Shown: positions 29,401 through 39,690 of the stretch, one piece after another
Position numbering within the stretch: position 1 is the stretch's first letter
Layout of the letters: each line of letters starts with the position of its first letter
Assembly: GCA_964506725.1 (NCBI GenBank)
Contig: CAZDLU010000007.1
Coordinates: forward strand, 1,036-65,035
From: an uncultured Rhizobium sp.
GTDB lineage: Bacteria; Pseudomonadota; Alphaproteobacteria; Rickettsiales; UBA1997
Length of the DNA: 64,000 bases
Reading direction: 5' to 3'
Notes under the pieces: model-generated
What the model was told of the DNA's origin: nothing
Database searches by the model: none
The model's input: only the letters and a program-made list of their open reading frames with translations
Translations under genes and position numbers: made by a program

Positions 29401-32321
29401 CTGTTTTAGCTAACAAAACAATCGATGGCGTGAAAGGTAAATGCGTAATTGACGAGGCTAACAGTCCTTACATTACCGATGGAAATGCTTCAACAAATTG
29501 TGATGCCGGCGGTAAAGCGCCGAACTGCTTATGCGTTGAAGCCGTTAGTGGTTTTACTTCTTACGACTCAGCAACGCAAGAAATCAGAAAACAAACATTA
29601 CGTGAAGCCGGATTGTGTGTTGATATGCCAACTCCAAAATTATGTTCTCCTATCGACTATAACCAAAGTCCAAATAGCGATAGTTCTGATGCCGAATATG
29701 TTTTATATTCTCTTGGCAAAACTTCTTACAACCCTCCCCCTCCCGCTTCTACACCTTATAATTCTTCTAGCAATGTGCATTATTCACACTTTCTGCGCAC
29801 TCAAGGTTCTGTTGGTGATACCTCGATTTCAGGTTTTGTTAGCCATGGTGAATTTGCTGTTGGTGTTGTTGGAATGACAAATGTTGAGGGTACTTGTACC
29901 GGTTTTTGGATGAATAAAAATGGTAGCTTAAAACCGAAATTAAATTGCACGACTGATGGATGGGTTAACGCTGCCGACCCTTCTTTAGCCTATCCTCTCA
30001 ATGATTGCCAAAGATATTCTTGCTCAGTAATTTCAACAACCGGACCGGATGCTTCCGGAAATTATCAGGGAAATTATGGCGCGTCTGAAACTGGCGAAAC
30101 TAAAGGAGCAAGCAATGGATTTGCTACTTGGCCAGCTCATACTTTAACTTCTGATTACGCCGAAATTGAAACTGCTGTAAATTGCATTGCCGGCTTTAAA
30201 CGCACAGGAAGCACGGCTTATACTTCTTCCGGAACCAGCCTAAGTGGTTCTGCCTTAACGCAAGCTGCAATTAACGGCACAATTGATCATTATTCCGGTG
30301 GTTCTCTGCCGCAAAGATATTGTAACCAGTTAGGACAATGGCAAGAGCCAACTAATGTGTGCGAGAGGATTTCTTGTCCGGCAATAACAGCTACAATGCT
30401 TGGAAGACCTACAGGCAGCTCTGGCAATAATGCTGACGGAATTCCTAATTCAACAATTTGGGATAATTGGAAAGCTTCCGGTGGCGCAATTTTTCCTTCG
30501 GTAAAAGCTTCGCGCAGTAATGCCAGAATACAAAGCGAATCAATTTCTTATGGTACTTGCGAAACTGATCAAACCAGCAATTGGGGTTTGGGATTCTTTA
30601 ATGCCGGAACCGCGCCTTCGCGGACCTGTGACTATAACGGCAATTGGGGTCCGGTGCAAAATCCTTGCGTTTCTTATTGTAGCGAAATTACTGATCCACT
30701 CGCAGCACCGGAACGTGATGGTTACGCGAAATGGCCACAAGGCTCAGTTCCAGTGGGAGAAAGTGAGTCAATTATTAACTCTAGTAGCTGTGCTCCTGGC
30801 TACATTCCGTACCCTTACTCGCCTTACAAAGATAATCACGGAAATTTCATCGTTGATAAAACAACAGGTGATGCAATTACTTGGGATGGTGTTCTAACTA
30901 AAAATACAACTCGCGACGGTACCAATCCACGCCGCGCTTGCCAATCAATTGTTACCGTTGGTGGTGGTACTGCTAATATTTGGACAGGCACTAATTCAAG
31001 ATGTGTTAACAAATGTCCGGGATACGATCCTTCAGTGTTAGTTTCTAATCCTGATGGCGATCCGGGAGATCCAAGACTTGGCGTTGGTCGCACTTCTCAC
31101 TCAACTGCTGCCGGCACGGAAATAGTCAACTGGCCGGATACAACTTTTGGAACTTATGCTTATGTCTATGGTCATTTTGATCCCAACAGCGTTACTTTAT
31201 CAGCTGCTGATTTTCAGCCGGGAAAAACCAGCAATTATTATGTTTTAAGACGCTATTGTAATAGTGATGGTACATGGTCAACTCCTGAGCCAATTTGTAT
31301 GGCCGGTGGTGGCAAAATAGGTAATGCTACTTATAGCGTTACTTCGTCAGTTTCCGGGGTTACCGATACTGCGCCATTTACCGGTGATCACAATTCATTG
31401 CCGGTCGGCACTACGCAATTAACCGGAACTTGCGTTGCCAACTATTGGACTGCAAGCCGCGGAACTGCCGCCGCACCAAAAAGAAAGTGTTCTTATGCAT
31501 CAGGAAATAGTTACATTGATCGGGTTTATTGGGAATTAGATGCAACTACTCAGGATTGCGAGCTAACTTCCTGCCAAGCTAAAACTATAAACAGCGATGG
31601 TCTTAGAACCGGAGCTACCAATGTTACTGCCGGGAATGTTACTGATAAAAGATATTTAAATTGTGCTTCGGCTTCTGAAGCGCCTCTATCAGCAAGTCTT
31701 CCGGCCGGAGTTCCTGCAACCAGTGGACCTTATGTAGCATGTGGTACGGACGGTAATTGGGGAGCTATACAAAATGCCATAGCTTGTCAAAGAGCTTGCA
31801 ATATTCCATTATCATCAGTTTCAGGTAATCGTGTTAACGCTTATGACTGTGGTGACGGATATGGTTATTATTCGGCATCAATTTATGGCGATAGCTATTT
31901 TGTTAAAAATTATCCGCATGGTTCATCAGTAAGTTTTGCTTATTCCGACTTCTGCCCGGACGGAGCTGACGCTTGCAATATGCATTCTTACTATGTAGGA
32001 TGCAGCGACGGAACGCCAATTATTCGTTATAGCGATGGTTACGATATCAATGCTGATAATGATTATGGTTGGTGTAACAAATACCAAATATATGATTCAA
32101 CTTCTGGCACTTGGTCTGAAGGTACCGATCCGGATGACGGTAGCAATCGTAATAGGTTGGTTTTCCGTAATGGTTCTACTAAGTTAAGCAGTACTGTTAC
32201 AGAACCCGACCAAGTTACGCCAAAAACTAATCTGGATGGCGATGATACTGCATATTTCTTTTTGAATTATATTGATAGCAGTGGCGCTACCAAGAAAATG
32301 GTAATAAAACGTGATCCATAA
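26457..32321 (+). CDS. Giant secreted cysteine-rich protein (~1954 aa) with C-terminal CCP/Sushi-like modules
   Basis: Uninterrupted 5.9-kb ORF. I start it at ATG 26457 because the track start 26289 would overlap murD by 200 nt. [42 protein letters not shown] reads as a Sec signal peptide. The mature part has about 90 Cys by my manual count, is rich in N/S/T/G/D, and has no further hydrophobic helices. Confidence 0.85.
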   Translation: MNYLKPKIKIDPKGLVKNLTVCLALIFATSLIFFSPISHSDALPDCAVYSGTPNPGVNCLYLGKPLCSTLNVSPQPRVNCADLIDLPLCSDIDNPANILTNKNCVKKCSDSSFNNPDPTKVRGVDYAIHNKNCIRFCDEATTEGVTPSSTNCVQKKCYQLNTSVTPDATSASANCTITPCNLLTPDELNDTRFDDSSKKYCDGSAKCYTFTKAQLPYLKLRATNTMCKIHDCTPYPVASPPICGVDDVVNITNKDASETGYSSVYIEKINAGLPLDNNTICTPVICKPVVQRQYRCTNSSGTIVGDSTDTTPNVNCDASGGGHVCSAINMCYKTIDCNKPENSSQDECATSISDSDAPPEDSFESTLNTWFYRPKPMDKALISSSTGILRNMESGLCYTSDQMDEFEPGGFLEILGINLGYFHSFILPGHSTSGGMCSADHVGSRGKGYIYLCGTDGLLYNSISEHSGFQKGYVRSVFTEGDAIHKVTFCLRFKNAMRPDAAGSGETCGSRECGVSCAFGSCTQACGYDICRELTITEKNSQDCMMGNDIFGGGDKSCMTTVDTYVRLRAVGYKNKICGFVDSKGQFAYNPMFFDGSETLEDGQCISGVKNTDGSCNGKNTNDSEEVATKFRTILKIPYIQSNQPSDDAQGYLTRDGRLFNKQECTNIALRVRPPRLYNLANVQNSTKLFSPPLYILNVRQKRGGIISNPLSSADTYGPTDFYYPEMEIKFGTSTQKLSLGLGFTGYEDEDHADSESFHTVTTTAGTITYSVEIFVRKEYGALDRMPKFCLYRKQKNYSGEYLAPVQVACVVRNYPEINNSTNLEKIIIDQNSNANYDDAKIKFKYFYGSGTDCAAGSNHCSDQVTLVNDVQATPACASDVEKYQVCAQREECSKLNIECIKNEVNLQQAKANGAPTGSYEAIRNDCQQNLLPICSRKKGIAPSDSATLYNQNPDNSAGSATAYGWFNEVCLVYGFETKLKTVLANKTIDGVKGKCVIDEANSPYITDGNASTNCDAGGKAPNCLCVEAVSGFTSYDSATQEIRKQTLREAGLCVDMPTPKLCSPIDYNQSPNSDSSDAEYVLYSLGKTSYNPPPPASTPYNSSSNVHYSHFLRTQGSVGDTSISGFVSHGEFAVGVVGMTNVEGTCTGFWMNKNGSLKPKLNCTTDGWVNAADPSLAYPLNDCQRYSCSVISTTGPDASGNYQGNYGASETGETKGASNGFATWPAHTLTSDYAEIETAVNCIAGFKRTGSTAYTSSGTSLSGSALTQAAINGTIDHYSGGSLPQRYCNQLGQWQEPTNVCERISCPAITATMLGRPTGSSGNNADGIPNSTIWDNWKASGGAIFPSVKASRSNARIQSESISYGTCETDQTSNWGLGFFNAGTAPSRTCDYNGNWGPVQNPCVSYCSEITDPLAAPERDGYAKWPQGSVPVGESESIINSSSCAPGYIPYPYSPYKDNHGNFIVDKTTGDAITWDGVLTKNTTRDGTNPRRACQSIVTVGGGTANIWTGTNSRCVNKCPGYDPSVLVSNPDGDPGDPRLGVGRTSHSTAAGTEIVNWPDTTFGTYAYVYGHFDPNSVTLSAADFQPGKTSNYYVLRRYCNSDGTWSTPEPICMAGGGKIGNATYSVTSSVSGVTDTAPFTGDHNSLPVGTTQLTGTCVANYWTASRGTAAAPKRKCSYASGNSYIDRVYWELDATTQDCELTSCQAKTINSDGLRTGATNVTAGNVTDKRYLNCASASEAPLSASLPAGVPATSGPYVACGTDGNWGAIQNAIACQRACNIPLSSVSGNRVNAYDCGDGYGYYSASIYGDSYFVKNYPHGSSVSFAYSDFCPDGADACNMHSYYVGCSDGTPIIRYSDGYDINADNDYGWCNKYQIYDSTSGTWSEGTDPDDGSNRNRLVFRNGSTKLSSTVTEPDQVTPKTNLDGDDTAYFFLNYIDSSGATKKMVIKRDP

Positions 32322-32332
32322 AAAATAAAATT

Positions 32333-32800
32333 ATGATTTCAATTATAATGGGCTCAAAGTCAGATTTTGCAACAATGCAACATGCTTGCAAAATTTTAGA
32401 TGACTTTAAACTGGAATATGAGGTAAAAATTATCTCAGCACATCGCACACCCGACCGACTTTACGAATTTTGTGAAAATGCAAAATCTCGTGGTATAAAA
32501 ATCATCATTGCTGGCGCGGGCGGCGCAGCGCACTTACCCGGAATGACTGCCGCCATGACTGAAATTCCCGTCTTGGGAGTTCCTGTTGAAAGCAAAAGTT
32601 TAAAAGGCCTAGATTCACTATTATCAATTGCCCAAATGCCGGCCGGAATTCCGGTTGCAACACTTGCAATTGGCGAAGCCGGTGCAAAAAATGCTGCACT
32701 ATTTGCTGTAGCAATTTTGGCCTTATCAAATGAAAAACTTGCTAAGAAATTGGAAAAGTTTAGAAGTGAGCAAACTGCTGCTATAAAACTTAAACCTTAA
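32333..32800 (+). CDS. purE: 5-(carboxyamino)imidazole ribonucleotide mutase
   Basis: [18 protein letters not shown] and [14 protein letters not shown] signatures. Confidence 0.95.
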   Translation: MISIIMGSKSDFATMQHACKILDDFKLEYEVKIISAHRTPDRLYEFCENAKSRGIKIIIAGAGGAAHLPGMTAAMTEIPVLGVPVESKSLKGLDSLLSIAQMPAGIPVATLAIGEAGAKNAALFAVAILALSNEKLAKKLEKFRSEQTAAIKLKP

Positions 32801-32818
32801 AATTTTTTATATTATTCA

Positions 32819-33208
32819 ATGCAAAATAGACAAAGACAATTTAGCCATAACGAAAGACGTTATGATGCAAAAAATGAAGATTCTCACAACTCTAAGGACG
32901 AGAGAAGAGAAGACAGAAATGAACCACAAAATAACAAAGCAAAAAATGAATTATTTAAGGCGCAATCTTGTACCTATAGCTCTAGCCATTTCCTCGGATT
33001 TATTTATAATTTAGCTTTATTATATTTAGTTTATTATCTAATTAATAATGGCGAAAAAGCTTTTGCTTTAATTATTTTTTCAGTAAATGCTTTAATAGTT
33101 ATTTTGGCAATTTTAACCAAAGTAAATGACCGCAGAAAACGTAATTACAACAATCATCGTCGCAACAGAAACCGCAAATTCAGATACAATAACAGCAGTA
33201 ATCAATAA
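32819..33208 (+). CDS. Hypothetical small membrane protein with Arg/Asn/Asp-rich termini
   Basis: 129-aa ORF. Highly charged N-terminus (NERRYDAKNEDSHNSKDERREDRNE), two hydrophobic helices and a basic C-terminus (RRKRNYNNHRRNRNRKFRY). No family recognised; coding status is supported only by ORF length and position. Confidence 0.4.
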   Translation: MQNRQRQFSHNERRYDAKNEDSHNSKDERREDRNEPQNNKAKNELFKAQSCTYSSSHFLGFIYNLALLYLVYYLINNGEKAFALIIFSVNALIVILAILTKVNDRRKRNYNNHRRNRNRKFRYNNSSNQ

Positions 33209-33558
33209 ATTTTTGGTGCCGTTTTTAATTTTGATTTAAAAACGGCACTAACATAATAGGCAACGATGCAGGTAATTCCTAGCGTGAATGGAATTAAGGA
33301 AAATAATTTATATTGCTCATCAATTTTTAAAAACTCCGTAACCATCCAAAAAGAATTAGCTATAATCCAAAATAGCACTGCAAGATTCGGCAAAGTATAA
33401 AGAATAGAACGATGTCCTTTCCAAGTAATTAAAATAGCAAAACCAATTGTTGGAAAAATCATGAAAATGCCGAAGGCTTTAAACTGCAAAAGCCAGCTTG
33501 TATCTTTTAGCAACCAAAGAAAGATGTGGAAGTTTTCGTATTTGCGGATTTGACTCAT
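33202..33558 (-). CDS. Hypothetical integral membrane protein (about 4 TM helices)
   Basis: ORF with four hydrophobic segments. I prefer ATG 33558 over the track TTG start at 33624, which would overlap aroA by 23 nt. Confidence 0.5.
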   Translation of the reverse strand: MSQIRKYENFHIFLWLLKDTSWLLQFKAFGIFMIFPTIGFAILITWKGHRSILYTLPNLAVLFWIIANSFWMVTEFLKIDEQYKLFSLIPFTLGITCIVAYYVSAVFKSKLKTAPKIY

Positions 33559-33601
33559 TATTGATCTCAATAAATATTTTGAGGTAACAATGCTTATGAT
33601 A

Positions 33602-34927
33602 TTAGCACGATAAAGAAATTCCAAATCCTTTTAAAATATTTTTAAAATCAGGAAAACTGGTGGCTATCATCTCGGAGTCATCAACTTCAACACCATTTTC
33701 TAAAGTTAATCCCATAATTAAAAATGACATGGCAATTCTGTGATCCATTGCCGTTGCCACTCTTACAAGGGTTTTTGGTTGATTAACGCCACCTAGAACT
33801 TCTAAGAAATCATCACCCATTTTTAATGTGATGCCACATTTTTCTAAATTTTGGGCAATCATTAACAATCTATTACTTTCCTTAACTTTTAATTCGGCAA
33901 GACCATTCATTTTTGTTGTTCCTTTGGAGTGCGCCGCAGCAACTGCCAAAATCGGATATTCATCAATCATGCTGGCGGCGCGTTCTGCTGGCACTTCCAC
34001 CGCTTTTAAATCGCTTGATTCAACAATAATATCAGCAACTTCTTCGCCGCCGATTAATCTTTTATTGCTTAAAATAATATTGCCACCCATCTCGAGCAAT
34101 GTAGTAATTATACCGCTGCGCAAAGGATTGATGCCGACATTTTTTATAGTAATCTTAGAATTTTTAGTTATTAACGCGGCAACGATAAAAAATGCCGCGG
34201 AAGAAATATCATTTGGAATTGTAAAATCTTTTGCATCAAATTCTTGCAGGCCCTGATAAGAAATTTTACGCGCTTCACCAATATCTTCGACTGTTATATT
34301 TAATCCTAAATAACGCATCATAATTTCACTATGATCGCGACATTTTTCCGGCTCAATAATTGTCGTAATACCATGTGTTGCAAGGCTTGCCAGCAATATG
34401 CAGCTTTTTACCTGAGCTGATGCTACTTTCATTTTATATTCAATTGGCAAAGAATTTTTGGCGCCGATTATAGCAAAAGGCATTAGGTTATTTTGCCGCG
34501 CTACAATATTTGCGCCAAATTGCTTTATAGGTTCAAACACTCGTGCCATAGGCCTTTTTCGTAGGGAAGCATCGCCGGAAAAAAAAGAAGTAAAATTATA
34601 AGGAGTAACAAGACCCGCAAGCAAACGTGCCGCAGTTCCAGAATTTCCCATATCAAGCACATCGCTTGGTTCCGACAATCCCACCACTCCAGAGCCATTC
34701 ACTTCCCAAGCTCCATTCGCTATTCGGTTAATCTCAACACCCATTAAGCGCAAAGCTGACGCCGTTTTTAGAACATCTTCGCCTTCTAAAAGATTAGTAA
34801 TTTTTGTTTTGCCATGAGCCAGTGATGCAAAAATTAAAGAGCGATGAGATATTGATTTATCTGGTGCTATCGTAATTTCACCTTTTAGAGGAATATCTTG
34901 TTTGTAGGAGCGAAGAGGTTTTTGCAA
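33602..34927 (-). CDS. aroA: 3-phosphoshikimate 1-carboxyvinyltransferase (EPSP synthase)
   Basis: APDKSISHRSLIFASLA, GNSGTAARLLAG and DHRIAMSF motifs. TTG start at 34927. Confidence 0.92.
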   Translation of the reverse strand: MQKPLRSYKQDIPLKGEITIAPDKSISHRSLIFASLAHGKTKITNLLEGEDVLKTASALRLMGVEINRIANGAWEVNGSGVVGLSEPSDVLDMGNSGTAARLLAGLVTPYNFTSFFSGDASLRKRPMARVFEPIKQFGANIVARQNNLMPFAIIGAKNSLPIEYKMKVASAQVKSCILLASLATHGITTIIEPEKCRDHSEIMMRYLGLNITVEDIGEARKISYQGLQEFDAKDFTIPNDISSAAFFIVAALITKNSKITIKNVGINPLRSGIITTLLEMGGNIILSNKRLIGGEEVADIIVESSDLKAVEVPAERAASMIDEYPILAVAAAHSKGTTKMNGLAELKVKESNRLLMIAQNLEKCGITLKMGDDFLEVLGGVNQPKTLVRVATAMDHRIAMSFLIMGLTLENGVEVDDSEMIATSFPDFKNILKGFGISLSC

Positions 34928-34930
34928 AGT

Positions 34931-36403
34931 CTAAAACACCAAAAAATTGCTAATTAAATTCAATATTTTGCTCAAATAAGCAATTAGAATAATATTTAAA
35001 ATAGCGATTATGAAAATTATTGTTTTAGCATTTCCCACATCTTCCAATTTAATTATATTTTTTGGCTCATCAAAATACATAACTTTTACAATTCGTAAAT
35101 AATAAAATGCTGAAATTACACTAAATAAAATTGCTAAAATTGCCGTAATTAAATAGCCTTGTTTTAAGATCGAAATTAAAATTAAAAATTTGGAAAAAAA
35201 GCCTGCAAGCGGCGGAATTCCTGCGCTGGAAAACATTAATGTTGCCAAAGAAAATGCTACAACAGGATTGGTTTTTGCGAGTCCTGAAAGTGAAGAAATG
35301 CTGAAAATTTCTTTATTTTTCTCATCATTTTCTTTGTTATCAGGACTTTTAATTAATAATAAAAATCCAAAAGTTCCAAGAGAAATAAAGGCATAAACTA
35401 TAATATAAAACACAGCAGAAGAAAGCGCGCCGCTGCTAAGTCCGGCAAGACCAAGCAAAATAAATCCGACATGTCCGATTGAGCCATAAGCCAAAAATCG
35501 TTTTAAATTGTTTTGAAAAATCGCCCCAAAACTTCCGACAGCAAGTGATAATAATGCTACCAGAATAAAAATATTTTCAATTCCTGCCCAACCTAAAGTC
35601 AACGTTCCAACCAGGCGTATCAAGGTTGCAACCGCTGTTAATTTTACAATTGTGGCAAAGAAAGTTGTAACAATTGTTGCTGAACCTTCATAAACATCCG
35701 GAGCCCACATGTGGAAAGGCGCGGCAGCAATTTTAAAAAACATTGCCGTAATTACTAAAATAAAACCAAGCATCACGGCAAGTGGAACCTGATTAATGAA
35801 AACGCCATTTTCCATTGCTTGGTAAAGTTCAGTTAAAGCGTTGAAATTAGTGGTTCCGGAGAATCCGTAAATTAAAGAAATTCCAAAAAGTAAAATTCCT
35901 GAACCAACAGAGCCAAGAATAAAATATTTCATTCCGGCTTCAGAAGATTTTGCCGAAGTGCGATTTAATGCTGCCAGCAAATAAAGAGAAAGCGCTTGCA
36001 TTTCAAGGCCTAAATAGAAGGTCATAAAATCATTTGCCGAAACTAAAACCATACCGCCGCTGGTTGCAATCATTAATAGAGCTAAAAATTCGGCGCTAAT
36101 TTTTTTATTTACGGTAACAAAATTTAGCGAAAACATTATTACGCTTGCCAAAATAATTATAACAATTGCTTTGATAAAGGAAGTGTAGCCACTGCTTAAA
36201 AACATATCGTTAAAGGCAATTTCTTTAGCAACGAGATTTCTTGCTACAAAAAATACTGCGATTACGCAAAAAATTAGCGAAAGAAAATGCGAAAAATAAA
36301 AGAAATTTTCTTTCTTTTTTGCGCAAAAAACATCGGCCATTAAAATTATTAAAGCTCCTAAAAAGAGCGTAATTTCTGGAAGGATTAAAGATAGATTCAT
36401 CAT
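34931..36403 (-). CDS. nuoN: NADH-quinone oxidoreductase subunit N
   Basis: 14-TM antiporter-like subunit. GLEMQALSLYLL, KIAAAPFHMWAPDVYEG, and its position immediately after nuoM. Confidence 0.9.
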   Translation of the reverse strand: MMNLSLILPEITLFLGALIILMADVFCAKKKENFFYFSHFLSLIFCVIAVFFVARNLVAKEIAFNDMFLSSGYTSFIKAIVIIILASVIMFSLNFVTVNKKISAEFLALLMIATSGGMVLVSANDFMTFYLGLEMQALSLYLLAALNRTSAKSSEAGMKYFILGSVGSGILLFGISLIYGFSGTTNFNALTELYQAMENGVFINQVPLAVMLGFILVITAMFFKIAAAPFHMWAPDVYEGSATIVTTFFATIVKLTAVATLIRLVGTLTLGWAGIENIFILVALLSLAVGSFGAIFQNNLKRFLAYGSIGHVGFILLGLAGLSSGALSSAVFYIIVYAFISLGTFGFLLLIKSPDNKENDEKNKEIFSISSLSGLAKTNPVVAFSLATLMFSSAGIPPLAGFFSKFLILISILKQGYLITAILAILFSVISAFYYLRIVKVMYFDEPKNIIKLEDVGNAKTIIFIIAILNIILIAYLSKILNLISNFLVF

Positions 36404-36417
36404 TTTTTTTGTAATTA

Positions 36418-37887
36418 CTATTTCAAAAACAAAGTCACCAAATTATTAACCGGCAACTCAAAGAAACTTAAAACTAGATTTGGCAAAACACCAAGCAACA
36501 CTACAAACACCGCCATTGCCGCCAAAGAAATAAATTCAATTTTTGTTACATCAGAAATTTCTTTAACATGGCTATTAGTAATTTCACTAAACCAAACTCT
36601 TTTATAAAGCCAAAGCATATAGCAAGCGCCAAATATCACACCGGTTGCCGCAAATATTGCAGTAATCTTGCTAGCTTTAAAGGTTCCAACAATTGCTAAA
36701 AATTCACCAACGAAACCGCTAGTTCCGGGAAGTCCCACTGAAGCCATGGTAAAAATCATCGCTAACATGGCAAAGTTTGGCATTTTATTTGCGATGCCTC
36801 CTAAATCCGCAATTTGTTTGGTGTGAAGGCGATCATAAATAACACCCACGCACATAAATAGTGCTGCAGAAACTATACCGTGACTAATCATTTGCATTAC
36901 TGCGCCATCAATTCCTTGGCGGGTAAAGCTAAAAATTCCCATTGTTACAAAACCCATGTGAGCCACTGAAGAATAAGCGATCATTTTTTTCATATCTTCT
37001 TGCATCAAGGCTACTAACGAAGCATAGATTATTGCAATCACGCTTAACGCAAATACGAAATTGGCAAAATAAATTGAAGCCTGTGGAAAGAAAGGAAGTG
37101 AGAAACGTAAGAAACCGTAAGCTCCAAGCTTAATTAAAATTCCCGCTAAAATTACTGAACCGGCCGTTGGAGCTTGTACGTGAGCATCGGGAAGCCATGT
37201 ATGAACCGGAAACATTGGAACCTTGATTGAGAAAGAGGCAAAAAAAGCCAACCATAACCATTTTTGATATTTCAAATCAAGAGTCGGCAAAATCTTTGAA
37301 AGTACAGTAATATCAGTAGTTCCGGCGTGAAGATAAATACAAATAATTGCGATTAAAAATAGAACCGAACCAAAAAGTGTGTAAAGAAAGAATTTATAAG
37401 CGGCATAGATTCTATTTGTCCCACCCCAAATACCGATGACTAAAAACATCGGAATCAACATTGCTTCGAAAAATATATAGAAAAACAATAAGTCTAAAGC
37501 GCAAAAAGAACCTATAACAAAGCCTTCAATAAGAAGGAAGCAGGCTACGAATTCTTTAATACGTTTTTCTATAGAATTTATACTAATTGCCAAGCAAATC
37601 GGCGTAAGAAATGCTGTTAAAACAATCATCAAAAGCGAAATGCCATCAATTCCTAAAAAATATTTTATATTATGAGGTTCGAAGATTTGGAATATTTCAA
37701 CAAATTGAAAATCGGCATTATTTTTATCGAAATTTAAAAATAATTTACAACTTAAAATAAGTGTTAAAACACTAACAGTAATGCCATAGTAATAATAAAT
37801 GCGGTTATTTTTACAATTAACGAAGAATAATAATAAAGCCGTTATAATCGGCAAAAAGATTAGAACTGAAAGGATGGGGAAATTCAT
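36418..37887 (-). CDS. nuoM: NADH-quinone oxidoreductase subunit M
   Basis: KVPMFPVHTWLPDAHVQAPTAGSVILAGILIKLG and MIAYSSVAHMG are NuoM/ND4 signatures. Confidence 0.93.
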   Translation of the reverse strand: MNFPILSVLIFLPIITALLLFFVNCKNNRIYYYYGITVSVLTLILSCKLFLNFDKNNADFQFVEIFQIFEPHNIKYFLGIDGISLLMIVLTAFLTPICLAISINSIEKRIKEFVACFLLIEGFVIGSFCALDLLFFYIFFEAMLIPMFLVIGIWGGTNRIYAAYKFFLYTLFGSVLFLIAIICIYLHAGTTDITVLSKILPTLDLKYQKWLWLAFFASFSIKVPMFPVHTWLPDAHVQAPTAGSVILAGILIKLGAYGFLRFSLPFFPQASIYFANFVFALSVIAIIYASLVALMQEDMKKMIAYSSVAHMGFVTMGIFSFTRQGIDGAVMQMISHGIVSAALFMCVGVIYDRLHTKQIADLGGIANKMPNFAMLAMIFTMASVGLPGTSGFVGEFLAIVGTFKASKITAIFAATGVIFGACYMLWLYKRVWFSEITNSHVKEISDVTKIEFISLAAMAVFVVLLGVLPNLVLSFFELPVNNLVTLFLK

Positions 37888-37987
37888 TCTAGTTTATTTA
37901 AAATTGCTAATAAGGCGCGTATTTTATGTGAGGGAAAATTAGAATCAATTGTCTTTTGCTTAAATAAAGTAAGAACCCTACCCTTCA

Positions 37988-38872
37988 TTAACAAATCTCG
38001 CGTAAAAAATTTATAAAGGCTTCCAGGCGTGGCGATCGATATTTGCATTCCGGATAAACTGCATAAAATGTCATTTTATTTACTACCTCGTAATCATCTA
38101 ATAAAGTTACTAATTTTTTTTCTTTAATTTCTTTTTCAATATAGCACAGCGATTGGAGAGCGACACCAGCACTTGATAGTACAAGCTCTTTCACCATATC
38201 AACATTTCCGCACTTAACATTGCTATTTAAATCATAGATATTGCTAAATCTATTGGTGATTTTATTGCGTAAGCGCAAAACATTGTTTTTTCCTAAAGAG
38301 AAAAAATTATGCTTTATTAAATCCTCTGGAGTTCTTATATGACTATGCATTGCAATATATTCAGGCGTGGCACAAATTATTTTTTTACTATCTGATAATT
38401 TTTCTGCTTTTAAATCTTTTTCCTGCGGTAAGGAATTTCTTATTTGCAAGTCATAGCCACGATCAATGATATTTATCAAATTATCAGTAATGGTAATTTC
38501 CAATTCAAGATTAGGATATTTTGCTAAAAAATCTTTAAGATAAGGAGCAACATAATATCTGCCGAAATAAGGCGGCAGAACCATGCGTAGCACACCACTT
38601 ATTCCACTATTCTGATTTAAAAAGTTATCCAGATTCTCAACTTCTGTTAAAATTGACTTACAAAAAGTTAGAAATTTTTTGCCGTCGGAAGTCAGATTTA
38701 CGCGACGTGTTGTGCGCGTAAGTAAAGTCATTTTCAGAATTTTTTCTAATTCAATAATTCTTGTCGTTACAACGGCGCGCGATATGTTTAGCACCTCAGA
38801 AGCTTTAGCAAAACTTCTGAGATTAGCTACGTAATTGAAGGTTTCCAGGTCTTTTATATTGTAATTTTTCAT
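37988..38872 (-). CDS. LysR family transcriptional regulator
   Basis: N-terminal wHTH LETFNYVANLRSFAKASEVLNISRAVVTTRIIELE followed by a LysR substrate-binding domain. 294 aa. Confidence 0.9.
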   Translation of the reverse strand: MKNYNIKDLETFNYVANLRSFAKASEVLNISRAVVTTRIIELEKILKMTLLTRTTRRVNLTSDGKKFLTFCKSILTEVENLDNFLNQNSGISGVLRMVLPPYFGRYYVAPYLKDFLAKYPNLELEITITDNLINIIDRGYDLQIRNSLPQEKDLKAEKLSDSKKIICATPEYIAMHSHIRTPEDLIKHNFFSLGKNNVLRLRNKITNRFSNIYDLNSNVKCGNVDMVKELVLSSAGVALQSLCYIEKEIKEKKLVTLLDDYEVVNKMTFYAVYPECKYRSPRLEAFINFLREIC

Positions 38873-39107
38873 GCGTGTTAGGTTTAATTAATGGTATTTA
38901 AAAAATACACAAACGCATTTTTTCTGACGAAAGTGTTAATGCAAGAAAAAAATTTAACAAGCTGAAATGCCTTGAAAATAAAGGCTTAAGAAGGGTTTTT
39001 TAAAAATTAATTATTTGGAAATAAAAAACAGTGTGTTTTTTGTTTCAATATTTAGCATTAAAAACTTGATGTTCAAAAGAACCACCCCACACATTCTCGA
39101 TTTCTAT

Positions 39108-39151
39108 TTTAAAAAAAATAGAAAGGCCAAGAGTCTCTATGGCTCTTGGCT
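39108..39151 (-). terminator. Rho-independent terminator after the mrpE-like gene
   Basis: Stem gccaagag (39126-39133) / ctcttggc (39143-39150). On the minus strand it is followed by a T-run (complement of aaaaaaaa at about 39111-39118). It starts right at the stop codon. Confidence 0.6.
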
Positions 39152-39634
39152 TTAAATCAAATTCTCATCTCTTGTATCCTTTAAGCTACTTAAAACTTTT
39201 TTTAAATTAAGCGCCTTAAAATAATCTTGATCTAAAGCGTGAATAGTGATCTCGTCACCTTTACAATCGATAGCGAAAAGCCCGCTTGTTATATTTATTG
39301 TAGCCATCAATAAAGCCATGTCATTATCGCCAATTTTTATTATCTGAATAACCGGATAAATAGGTTCGCGCTTTACTGCTAATCCGCAAATAAGTTTCAT
39401 AGAGCTAAAAAAATTGCTAAAAAATATATTTAAAAAATGACGATAAAAACCAAAATTAAGATATAATAATTCGCCATTTTTTTCTGTTAATTTTAAGCGA
39501 ATAGAGATAAGAGTTACTAAGGCGGAAGCGATAATGCCGCAAAATAAATAAACCAAAGAAAAATGGCTCCATATAACCATTAGCCCAAGCCAAATAGCAA
39601 ATAAAAATAGAAATAAATTGAAAATGTTTAGCAT
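39152..39634 (-). CDS. Na+/H+ (monovalent cation/H+) antiporter subunit E-like protein
   Basis: 160 aa, two N-terminal TM helices. The C-terminal part ALLMATINITSGLFAIDCKGDEITIHALD aligns by eye with the MrpE/MnhE motif LLASLISLTPGTLS.D.....IYIHAID. Confidence 0.6.
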   Translation of the reverse strand: MLNIFNLFLFLFAIWLGLMVIWSHFSLVYLFCGIIASALVTLISIRLKLTEKNGELLYLNFGFYRHFLNIFFSNFFSSMKLICGLAVKREPIYPVIQIIKIGDNDMALLMATINITSGLFAIDCKGDEITIHALDQDYFKALNLKKVLSSLKDTRDENLI

Positions 39635-39690
39635 ATTCGAATAATTAAGGATGCGATCCTAATATTTTTAATAAAAACCAATCAAAAACA

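Noticed and set aside
29449-29877. 142-aa (also 30520-30897, 125-aa) same-strand alternate-frame ORFs inside the giant gene
   Set aside because: They are embedded out of frame in a 5.9-kb continuous ORF. Their Leu/Val-rich low-complexity translations carry no start context or motif support.
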